From: Armatimonadota bacterium | Lineage (GTDB): Bacteria; Armatimonadota; SYMT01 | Assembly (NCBI GenBank): GCA_041690135.1 | Contig: JAWLHY010000010.1 | Location: 122,110-186,109 of the forward strand | Direction: 5' to 3' | Length of the DNA stretch: 64,000 nt | In this document: in pieces, positions 56,538 through 64,000 of the stretch | Layout: every line of letters begins with the position of its first letter | How positions within the stretch are numbered: position 1 is the first letter of the stretch | Notes under the pieces: generated by a model | Database searches by the model: none | What the model was told of the DNA's origin: nothing | The model's input: the letters and a program-made list of their open reading frames with translations, nothing else | Position numbers and translations under genes: made by a program

Positions 56538-56774
56538 TCGCCTCCCTCTTCACGTGCCGGTCAGACAAGCACCCATGTACCCGCAAAGAGGCGAGGCGTC
56601 AAATCCAAGGGGAGGAAACGCGCACAGAAGGGAAAATGAGTCATCGACAGGTAGCGGTGCATCCGCACGTTGACGCGTGAACAACGAACGCGGCGTGGAA
56701 CCCGGGACCGTTCGGGCTTACCCTACCGTCATCGGAGTCTCGTCAACCAGGTACATGGATCAAGGAGCCCCGCG

Positions 56775-57704
56775 ATGTCCGTGGCAGCCACTCATCCCAA
56801 CACCCTCAAACCTGACGCTGCGACCCCGTCTCCGCTCCCCCGGCGGCGTTTCGGGAAAACGGGAGAATATGTCCCCGTGCTCGGCCTGGGCACTGGGCCG
56901 GGCGGCATTGGATTGCCCGACGAACAGGCGATCCCCCTTTATGAGGCGGCGATTGACCAGGGGATCAGCTACCTCGACACGGCGCCGGGCTACAACCGCG
57001 CCCACGCCCAATTGGGCCAGATTCTCCCCTCCCGCCGCGATGGGCTGTTCCTGGCTACTAAGTGTTTTGCCGCCACGGCCGAAGAGGCGCTGAGGATCCA
57101 CGAGCAAAGCTTGCGCGACCTGCGCACCGACTGCGTGGACCTGCTCTACGCGCACTGCATCGGCTCCTTCGAACCCGAACAACTGCTGGCCCCGGACGGA
57201 GTCTTCGCCGGGTTGATCGAAGCGCGACGACGTGGGTGGACGCGCTACATCGGGTTCACGGCGCACCACCTCCCCGGCCGGGTTGAACGGGTGATGGCGG
57301 AAGTGCTGCGCGGCAACCTCGAGATCGACGCGGTGATGCTGGCGATGAACTATATTGACCGGCACACCTATGGCTTCGAGGAGCGCATTCGGCCCCTGGC
57401 GGAAAAGCTCGACCTGGGGATCGCCTGCATGAAGGTGTACGGCGGAACGCGGGCGATGGACTACGAGAAGAACCGCGACTCGGCCCTCGGCGAACGCAAC
57501 CATCGGGAAGCATTCCGGTATGCGTTGGGCCTTCCCGGCATCTCCGTAGCCGTCGTCGGCATGTACACCCTGGAGGAAGTAGAGCAAAACATCGCCTGGG
57601 CCCGTTCGTGGGAGCTCTTGACGGGCGAAGAGTTGGAACGGCTAACCGTCCAGGGGCGTGAGATCGCGTCCGAGTGGGGTCCCCACTTCGGGGATGTGGA
57701 GTAG
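56775..57704 (+). CDS. Aldo/keto reductase
   Basis: RRRFGKTGEYVPVLGLGT..ISYLDTAPGY.. typical AKR N-terminus; ATG 56775 with caaggag SD (ORF-track start 56670 rejected). Confidence 0.85.
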   Translation: MSVAATHPNTLKPDAATPSPLPRRRFGKTGEYVPVLGLGTGPGGIGLPDEQAIPLYEAAIDQGISYLDTAPGYNRAHAQLGQILPSRRDGLFLATKCFAATAEEALRIHEQSLRDLRTDCVDLLYAHCIGSFEPEQLLAPDGVFAGLIEARRRGWTRYIGFTAHHLPGRVERVMAEVLRGNLEIDAVMLAMNYIDRHTYGFEERIRPLAEKLDLGIACMKVYGGTRAMDYEKNRDSALGERNHREAFRYALGLPGISVAVVGMYTLEEVEQNIAWARSWELLTGEELERLTVQGREIASEWGPHFGDVE

Positions 57705-57864
57705 GCCGCCGGATCTTCAGGGTCTCGCAAGCAGCTCGGCAGGTGCGTGGGACCTCTGGCTGCAAGGCACTAACTCCGCGCCGCGTAGGAGGATGGCAGC
57801 CGGAGAACGAACAGGGGGCCGGAAACCCGGCCATTCTGGCCGGCCGTGTTGGGAGCTACGAACC

Positions 57865-59130
57865 ATGCCGCAATCCCTGGACCGACGGTCTCTACTCGCT
57901 TCCCTGGCTGCTATTGTGCCGTCCGGGAGCGCATTGGCACGCACACTGGCAGCGGCGCCTGAAGAGAACCTACCGCCGGTGCGAGCCATCACACGGGGTC
58001 CGAAATTCCACTGGTTTGGCTATTACGACAAGCTGGAGATCGATCCCACGGGCCGCTACGTGCTGAGCAACGAGGTTGACTTCGAACACCGTTCGCCGAC
58101 CCCCGACGAAGTGATCAAGGTCGGCATGGTTGACCTGCAAGACCACGACCGCTGGATCGAGTTGGGCGAAAGCCGGGCCTGGAACTGGCAGCAGGGGTGC
58201 ATGCTGCAGTGGCTGCCGGGATCCAGGACGGAGGTCCTTTGGAACGACCGGGTTGGGGATCGCTTCGTTTGCCACATCCTGAACGTGAAGACCGGCAAGA
58301 AACGGACCCTGCCGGCGCCGGTCTACACCGTGAGCCCGGATGGAAAGTGGGGTTTTTCCCCCGACTTCCGCCGCCTCAACGATACCCGACCCGGCTATGG
58401 CTACGCGGGTCTCCCGGACCCCAACCGGGAGGTGCTGGTCCCCGAGGACGCGGGCATCTGGAAGATCGACCTGCGAAGCGGTAAGGAGCAGTTGGTTCTC
58501 TCCCTTGCCGACGCGGCCCGGATCCCCTACACCAACGGAGACTGGACCGGAGCGAAGCACTGGTTCAACCACTTGCTGGTCAATACGGACGGAACGCGGT
58601 TCATCTTCCTCCACCGCTGGCGCGGGGCCAAGGAGGGGCGTGGATTTGCCACCCGTATGTTCACCGCCGGCACGAACGGGAAGGATCTCCACGTGCTGGA
58701 TCCTTACGGGCGCACTTCGCACTTCATCTGGCGCGACCCGGACCACGTGTTGGCGTGGGCGTTCCACCCCTCGCTCGGCAAAGACCGCTTCTTCCTCTAC
58801 CGGGACCGCACGGACCGAGTGGAAGCCGTGGGCCCGGAGGTGATGACGGTCAATGGCCATTGCACCTATCTACCCGGGAACCGCTGGATCCTCAACGACA
58901 CCTATCCGGACCGTGAACGTAAACAAAATCCCTATCTCTACGAAGTGATGAGTGGGAAACGAGTACCGCTAGGCCACTTCCATTCCCCTCCGGCCTATAC
59001 CGGAGAGTGGCGCTGCGATACCCATCCCCGCTTTAGCCCCGACGGTACGAAAGTGGTGATCGACTCGCCACACGGGGGGAACGGTCGACAACTTTACCTG
59101 ATCGACATCAGCGAGATCGTCCGGAGTTGA
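57865..59130 (+). CDS. Secreted beta-propeller protein, possibly oligogalacturonide-lyase-like
   Basis: Start at MPQSLDRRSLLASLAAIVPSGSALA (Tat-like); functional call is a weak guess. Confidence 0.65.
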   Translation: MPQSLDRRSLLASLAAIVPSGSALARTLAAAPEENLPPVRAITRGPKFHWFGYYDKLEIDPTGRYVLSNEVDFEHRSPTPDEVIKVGMVDLQDHDRWIELGESRAWNWQQGCMLQWLPGSRTEVLWNDRVGDRFVCHILNVKTGKKRTLPAPVYTVSPDGKWGFSPDFRRLNDTRPGYGYAGLPDPNREVLVPEDAGIWKIDLRSGKEQLVLSLADAARIPYTNGDWTGAKHWFNHLLVNTDGTRFIFLHRWRGAKEGRGFATRMFTAGTNGKDLHVLDPYGRTSHFIWRDPDHVLAWAFHPSLGKDRFFLYRDRTDRVEAVGPEVMTVNGHCTYLPGNRWILNDTYPDRERKQNPYLYEVMSGKRVPLGHFHSPPAYTGEWRCDTHPRFSPDGTKVVIDSPHGGNGRQLYLIDISEIVRS

Positions 59131-59142
59131 ACGGCTCGGCGG

Positions 59143-59571
59143 CTACTTCCGCCGAGCCAGGGCGAGCAGCAGCAGAGCCACCAGAAAGAAGGCTCCCATC
59201 CCGGCGTTCAACCAGGCAAGGACCAGCGACGCTCCCGTAAGCTCCAGCTTGACCGCGGGGGCTTCGACACTAACGCCCGCGAGGAGTGGGGCCGGCAGGC
59301 TCAAGAGAGCGAGCAGCGCACCGGTCCAGAGCGCCCATCGGCCTCTCATCCGAATGCCGTAGACCACCAGACCGCGGAGAAGCATCAGCCCAGCAGGCAC
59401 GAGAACGGTCGCCCCGCGCACCGTGGCGTCCGAAGTGGCGAAGGTAACGATCGCCGCTGCGGTTGCCACAAGGGTCGCAGCGACTGCCGCTGTGAGGAGC
59501 AGGTTCCAGGCCAACTTACCGCGGCCAGGATCGGCGCCATCGCCGGGATGAATAGGAATTTCAGGTCTCAT
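59143..59571 (-). CDS. Hypothetical small membrane protein
   Basis: Four hydrophobic stretches, high GC3 in C-terminal codons checked by hand. Confidence 0.5.
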   Translation of the reverse strand: MRPEIPIHPGDGADPGRGKLAWNLLLTAAVAATLVATAAAIVTFATSDATVRGATVLVPAGLMLLRGLVVYGIRMRGRWALWTGALLALLSLPAPLLAGVSVEAPAVKLELTGASLVLAWLNAGMGAFFLVALLLLALARRK

Positions 59572-59825
59572 GAGGGGTGGATACCACCGGGCGGGTTAAG
59601 GGTGACATGTTCCTCGTCGGGATTCCGGTCGCGCGAGTGCAGCCGCCTTGTTGCCCACCTGGCCGCGGAGGTCGCGACCGGAAATCCGGCACGACTCCGG
59701 GCACGAGACTCACGCCTGCGAACGTATTCAATCGCGGTACCGCTCACCGCGAAAAGACACAGCTTCACGCCCGATTTTAAAGTGGGATTTACTAAATTCC
59801 AGGCAGGCGAGGGGACTGTGTTTTC

Positions 59826-59854
59826 TTGACACCCTTAGAGGCCGTCAGTATAAT
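59826..59854 (+). promoter_or_regulatory. Consensus sigma70-type promoter TTGACA-N17-TATAAT upstream of secDF
   Basis: TTGACA at 59826-59831 and TATAAT at 59849-59854, exactly 17 nt apart, about 120 nt upstream of the secDF start. Confidence 0.6.
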
Positions 59855-59973
59855 TGCGCGGATTCCTGGGGCGCTTCTCTGCTCGCCGCAGGCGCTATTT
59901 TACGTGTGAACCGGGCCAATTCCGCCCCCGTTCGAGTTATTGAATCCCGGAACGTGTCCATCAGGAGGACATT

Positions 59974-62829
59974 TTGAAAAAGGGCTTAAGCATCCTTGCG
60001 CTGATTGCTCTAGCCGCGGCCGCCATCTGGTATAGCCTGACGCCACAGTTTCCGGTGGCATTGGGTCTGGACCTGAAGGGTGGTATGCGCGTTACGCTGG
60101 AGCCGGATCCGACCAAAGAAGGCGGAACCAACGTTCCCGCAGAGACCATGAAACAGGTGCGGGACGTTATCGAGAAACGGGTCAATAGCTTCGGATTGGC
60201 AGGGGCCGACGTCCGGCTGAAAAGCACGCTGGACGGTCAGCAGCAGATCCTGGTTCTCCTACCCGGCGCTCGGAATCCCGACGAAGCTTTGACGCTCATC
60301 AGCACCGTGGCCCAGCTGGAGTTCCGGCACCTGCAGAACGTGCAGTCCGAGCGGAACCCGAGCGCCCGGTACAAGATGAACGTGGTCCCTGGTGATGCCG
60401 AGAGGGGCGAGCCGGACACGTACCAGTTCCTCGACACGGAGAACGGCAACAAAGAGGTGCCGCAGGAACAGGTCCTCGGCGAGAGCCAGCTGGTGGTGAA
60501 GGGCGACTCGCTCCGGGCCACCTCCGAAGCGCAGCTCAACCCGACGACGGCCCAGCCTTACGTTTCCTTCGAGTTCAAGCCTGATGGCGCCCGGGCGTTC
60601 GGTACGTTCACGACGGAGAGCGTGGATGAGATCCTGGCGGTGGTACTGGACAACAAGATCATCTCCGCCCCGACGATCAACGAGCCGATCACGGATGGGC
60701 GCGGGCAGATCTCCGGTGGGTTCCGCAACATGGCGGAAGCCCGCGTCCTCGCCAATCTGCTGAACTCCGGCGCGCTCCCCATTCCGCTGCGGCCTGCGGA
60801 AACGCAGGTCGTGGGCGCCACCCTCGGGCAGGAGTCGATCGAGCGCAGCATCCAGGCCGGCCTGATCGGTCTCGGGCTCGTGCTGGTTTTCATGCTGGCC
60901 TACTACTGGCTGCCGGGCCTGCTGGCGTGTCTCGCACTCGTCTTCTACGCGGCGCTGAACTTCGCCATCTTCAAGGGCCTGGGTATCTTCCCACCGATCG
61001 TACTGGACCTGCCGGGTATTACCGGTTTCATCCTGTCGGTCGGTATGGCGGTCGACGCCAACATCCTGATCTTCGAGCGCCTGAAGGAAGAACTGAAGGC
61101 GGGCAAAAACATCCACGCCGCCGTGGACACCGGTTTCTCCCGCGCGTTTTCGGCGATCCTGGACTCCAACGTCACCACCTGGATCGTGTGCGCCATCCTG
61201 ATCTGGCTGGGCGCGCCGATCATCAAGGGTTTCGCCATTACCCTGGCCATTGGTGTCGCGGTGTCGATGTTCACCGCCATCACGGTCACCCGCACCCTGC
61301 TGCACCTGGTGATGGACATGCCGTGGGCCCGCAATGAGAGACTTTACGGTCTCAACGTGAGCTGGATCGGCCTGTTCTTCCCGGCCTCTCGTCAGGGTGC
61401 CATTCTTCCCGTCTACAGCAAGCGGAAGGTCTATTACGGCCTCAGCATCCTCGCCGGCGTCGTTGCTCTCGCCTTCGCGGCCATGACCCCGTTCGGCATG
61501 GGCCTCAAGCCGGGTATCGACTTCACCGGCGGAACCGTGGTGGAGTCGGCCTTCTTCAATCCCAACGTCAACCGTGAAGAGGTGGTGAAGGCGCTGAGCA
61601 CAGCGGGGGTCAATGAGGCCACCGTGAGCATCGCTCGCTCCGAACAGACCTGGACCCGCTTCGAGCTTTCCGCCAGCGGCGTGGACAACCCTGCCGAATC
61701 CGCCGTCCGCGACCGGCTGCCGCAGGCGGCGGACAACAACTTCGCGGCGGATCGCTTCCAGGGGACCCGCGAAGGCGAAACCTTCAAGGCGACCGGCCTC
61801 TACACCGTCCCGGTAACCGAGGCGGACATCCGGCGGGCACTGGCCACACCGCTCTCCGCGGGAGACTCGGCCCTCAATCTGAAGGACCTCAAGATCACCG
61901 TCGCCCCCGAGCCGCGCACGGGTGAGAACGCCGTGGCGATTGCCCTGATCCAGTCCCAGCAACTCCGTCCGGAGCAGTTGGACGAGATCAAGACGCAGTT
62001 GGCTTCCGTGGGCGGGGGGATCGTCGATCCGCTTTATCAGGCGAACTCGATCGGTCCGTCGGTGGCTGCGGAAGTTACTGCCAACGCCTTCTGGTCCGTG
62101 GTGGTGGCTTCGCTCGCGATCGTTCTCTACCTCGCGTTCCGGTTCGCCATCGGCGGGTTCCTGAACGGTCTGAAGTTCGGAACCTGCGCGGTGATCGCGC
62201 TGGTTCACGACGTGGGTATCACCATCGGCCTGTTTGCCCTGATGGGGTGGCTGGCCGGGTGGCAGGTCGACAGTCTCTTCGTAACCGCGGCGCTGACGAT
62301 CCTCGGCTTCTCGGTCCACGACACCATCGTGGTTTACGACCGAATCCGCGAGAACCTGCTTCACCGCCGCAAGGGTGAGACCTTTGCCGAGATCAGCGAC
62401 CGCAGTATCACCCAGACCTTCGACCGCTCGTTGAACACCTCGTTCACCGTGCTGCTGGTCATCGCCGCGTTGGTGGTCTTCGGTGGGGAGTCGATCCGCC
62501 TGTTCAACATCGCGCTGCTCTTCGGCGTGGCGATTGGGACCTACTCATCCATCTTCGTGGCGAGCCCGCTGGTGGTCTCTCTGGAGCAGCGGCTGGCCTC
62601 CCAGGAGACCCGTTCCGGAGCGGCCGCGGCGCCTCGCAGCTCCCGGCGGGATGACGCTCCGCTGACACCTGCCCGCCGGGAGCGGCCCAGCGCGCCCGCC
62701 ACGTCCAGCCGCACGGCCACGGTCGAGCGCCCTGCCGTAGATACGGAGAGCGCCGCGGATACGGAGACGACCGGTGCGGATCGGTCGAAGTCGTCATCCA
62801 TTAAGCCAAGGCGCAAACGACGCATGTAG
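59974..62829 (+). CDS. secDF: Fused protein translocase subunit SecDF
   Basis: Two SecD/SecF-type transmembrane modules with long periplasmic domains, 951 aa; TTG start after aggagg SD; low-complexity S/R/T-rich C-terminal tail. Confidence 0.9.
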   Translation: MKKGLSILALIALAAAAIWYSLTPQFPVALGLDLKGGMRVTLEPDPTKEGGTNVPAETMKQVRDVIEKRVNSFGLAGADVRLKSTLDGQQQILVLLPGARNPDEALTLISTVAQLEFRHLQNVQSERNPSARYKMNVVPGDAERGEPDTYQFLDTENGNKEVPQEQVLGESQLVVKGDSLRATSEAQLNPTTAQPYVSFEFKPDGARAFGTFTTESVDEILAVVLDNKIISAPTINEPITDGRGQISGGFRNMAEARVLANLLNSGALPIPLRPAETQVVGATLGQESIERSIQAGLIGLGLVLVFMLAYYWLPGLLACLALVFYAALNFAIFKGLGIFPPIVLDLPGITGFILSVGMAVDANILIFERLKEELKAGKNIHAAVDTGFSRAFSAILDSNVTTWIVCAILIWLGAPIIKGFAITLAIGVAVSMFTAITVTRTLLHLVMDMPWARNERLYGLNVSWIGLFFPASRQGAILPVYSKRKVYYGLSILAGVVALAFAAMTPFGMGLKPGIDFTGGTVVESAFFNPNVNREEVVKALSTAGVNEATVSIARSEQTWTRFELSASGVDNPAESAVRDRLPQAADNNFAADRFQGTREGETFKATGLYTVPVTEADIRRALATPLSAGDSALNLKDLKITVAPEPRTGENAVAIALIQSQQLRPEQLDEIKTQLASVGGGIVDPLYQANSIGPSVAAEVTANAFWSVVVASLAIVLYLAFRFAIGGFLNGLKFGTCAVIALVHDVGITIGLFALMGWLAGWQVDSLFVTAALTILGFSVHDTIVVYDRIRENLLHRRKGETFAEISDRSITQTFDRSLNTSFTVLLVIAALVVFGGESIRLFNIALLFGVAIGTYSSIFVASPLVVSLEQRLASQETRSGAAAAPRSSRRDDAPLTPARRERPSAPATSSRTATVERPAVDTESAADTETTGADRSKSSSIKPRRKRRM

Positions 62830-62869
62830 CGCGGCTTGCGCGGGTAGCGCACTTCGAATGTAGTGAAAC

Positions 62870-62969
62870 GCGGCACTCCGGCGGTTGGCCGGAGTGCCGC
62901 TATGCCGATAAAACATGAGACGTGGAGCGAAGGGAGCGCAGGCCCCCATGTTCCACGTCTCATTTTTTG
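62870..62969 (+). terminator. Two hairpins downstream of secDF: 12-bp perfect stem (62870-62900) and 12-bp stem with long loop followed by T6 (62915-62969)
   Basis: gcggcactccgg cggttgg ccggagtgccgc; atgagacgtgga ... tccacgtctcat tttttt. Confidence 0.55.
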
Positions 62970-63050
62970 CGCCTCAAGCTGAATACCGGCCTCGCCCGTA
63001 GCGCTGCCTTCCGCGCGCGGCACGACCGGCTTCCGGACCCTGGACTCGTT

Positions 63051-64000
63051 ATGCCTGCGAAACGCTGGATTCTGCCCCCACCGCCCCACCCCGATTGCAC
63101 ATCGCTCGGCAGTCGTCTCGGTATCTCGCCGTTTGTTGCCGGGTTGCTCATGAGCCGTGGATTAGAATCCGAGGCCTCCGCACGGCGATTTCTGAACCCG
63201 GAGATGGATCAACTTCACGATCCGTTCCTGTTGCCCAACATCCAGCCCGCGATCGATCGGGTGACGGAGGCGATCCGGAAGGGCGAGAAAATCCTCGTTC
63301 ATGGGGACTACGACGTGGACGGAGTATGTGCCGCGGCATTGATGACGCGGGTGCTGCGGGTCCTCAAAGCGAACGTGGACGTATTTGTCCCCCATCGCCG
63401 GAAGGACGGGTACGACCTATCCGTGGAAACGGTCCAGCGATCCGCGCAGGAAGGGGTGAAGGTCATCATTACGGTGGACTGCGGCATCGTCGCCTTCCAG
63501 GCCGCGGAGGCCGCTCGCCAGGTGGGGATCGACCTCATCATTACCGACCACCACGAGCTCCATCCCGATGGCGACCAACCGAATGCACTTGCGGTGGTCA
63601 ACCCCAAGCTTCCCGAGTCCGACTACCCCTTCCACGAACTCTGCGGCACTGGGGTGGCCTACAAGTTCTGCACGGCACTCGTTCAGCACCTCGGCGTTTC
63701 CTCTTCCGCGTTCCGGACCGCCTTCCTGGATCTGGTGGCACTGGCTACCTGCGCCGACTGTATGCCCCTGGTCGATGAGAACCGTATTTTTGTGCGGGCG
63801 GGCCTGGAAACACTCCGGAAGACGAACAAGGCGGGTCTGAAGGCACTTCTGCGCGTAGCGGGTCTGACACCCCAAACGGTGACTACCCGGAGTCTCGGTT
63901 TCGCTTTGGGGCCGCGGATCAATGCCATCGGACGATTGGATGCAGCTGAGCATGCCCTGAAGCTGATGTTGACGGCGGACCAGGCGGAAGCAGACGCCCT
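63051..64000 (+). CDS. recJ: Single-stranded-DNA-specific exonuclease RecJ, 5' part (continues beyond window)
   Basis: Hand translation: MPAKRWILPP..LGISPFVAGLLMSRGLESEASARRFLNPEMDQLHDPFLLPNIQPAIDRVTEAIRKGEKILVHGDYDVDGVCAAALM..ITVDCGI..LIITDHHE (DHH motifs); absent from ORF track because it has no stop in the window. Confidence 0.85.
   Translation, partial: MPAKRWILPPPPHPDCTSLGSRLGISPFVAGLLMSRGLESEASARRFLNPEMDQLHDPFLLPNIQPAIDRVTEAIRKGEKILVHGDYDVDGVCAAALMTRVLRVLKANVDVFVPHRRKDGYDLSVETVQRSAQEGVKVIITVDCGIVAFQAAEAARQVGIDLIITDHHELHPDGDQPNALAVVNPKLPESDYPFHELCGTGVAYKFCTALVQHLGVSSSAFRTAFLDLVALATCADCMPLVDENRIFVRAGLETLRKTNKAGLKALLRVAGLTPQTVTTRSLGFALGPRINAIGRLDAAEHALKLMLTADQAEADA

Noticed and set aside
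60259-62364. 701-aa minus-strand ORF
   Set aside because: Antisense to secDF; Arg/Asp/Gly-rich.
1-64000. CRISPR arrays, transposases, integrases, phage genes
   Set aside because: No regularly spaced identical repeats of 25-40 bp with unique spacers, and no translation resembling a transposase, integrase, terminase or capsid protein.

Overview
This 64 kb window is a high-GC (roughly 65%) bacterial chromosomal segment with about 46 protein-coding genes, one tRNA-Ser(GCU), and no rRNA, CRISPR array, transposase or integrase that I could recognise. Gene content (PSCyt/DUF1549/DUF1553, DUF1501, DUF1552 and DUF1592-type proteins, many Tat or Sec signal peptides) points to a Planctomycetota/Verrucomicrobiota/Acidobacteriota/Armatimonadota-like lineage, but that is inference. 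All calls come from reading the six-frame translations and the DNA by eye; no database search or structure prediction was run, so domain names are recalled family signatures. The long arginine/glycine-rich ORFs antisense to real genes were treated as high-GC artefacts. I did not find a clear canonical defence or mobile system. The loci I would look at first are: (1) a truncated PolX-like HhH protein preceded by a 15-bp perfect inverted repeat and followed by a dehydrogenase gene remnant; (2) a GGA-rich direct-repeat array plus hairpin downstream of a pyruvyl-transferase / FrhB-like / PhyH cassette; (3) a slippage-prone heptamer repeat inside a roughly 60-aa insertion in the DUF1553 protein; (4) a translationally coupled, secreted ankyrin-WD40 pair; and (5) a DUF1592-DUF1552-CRTAC1-propeller operon.
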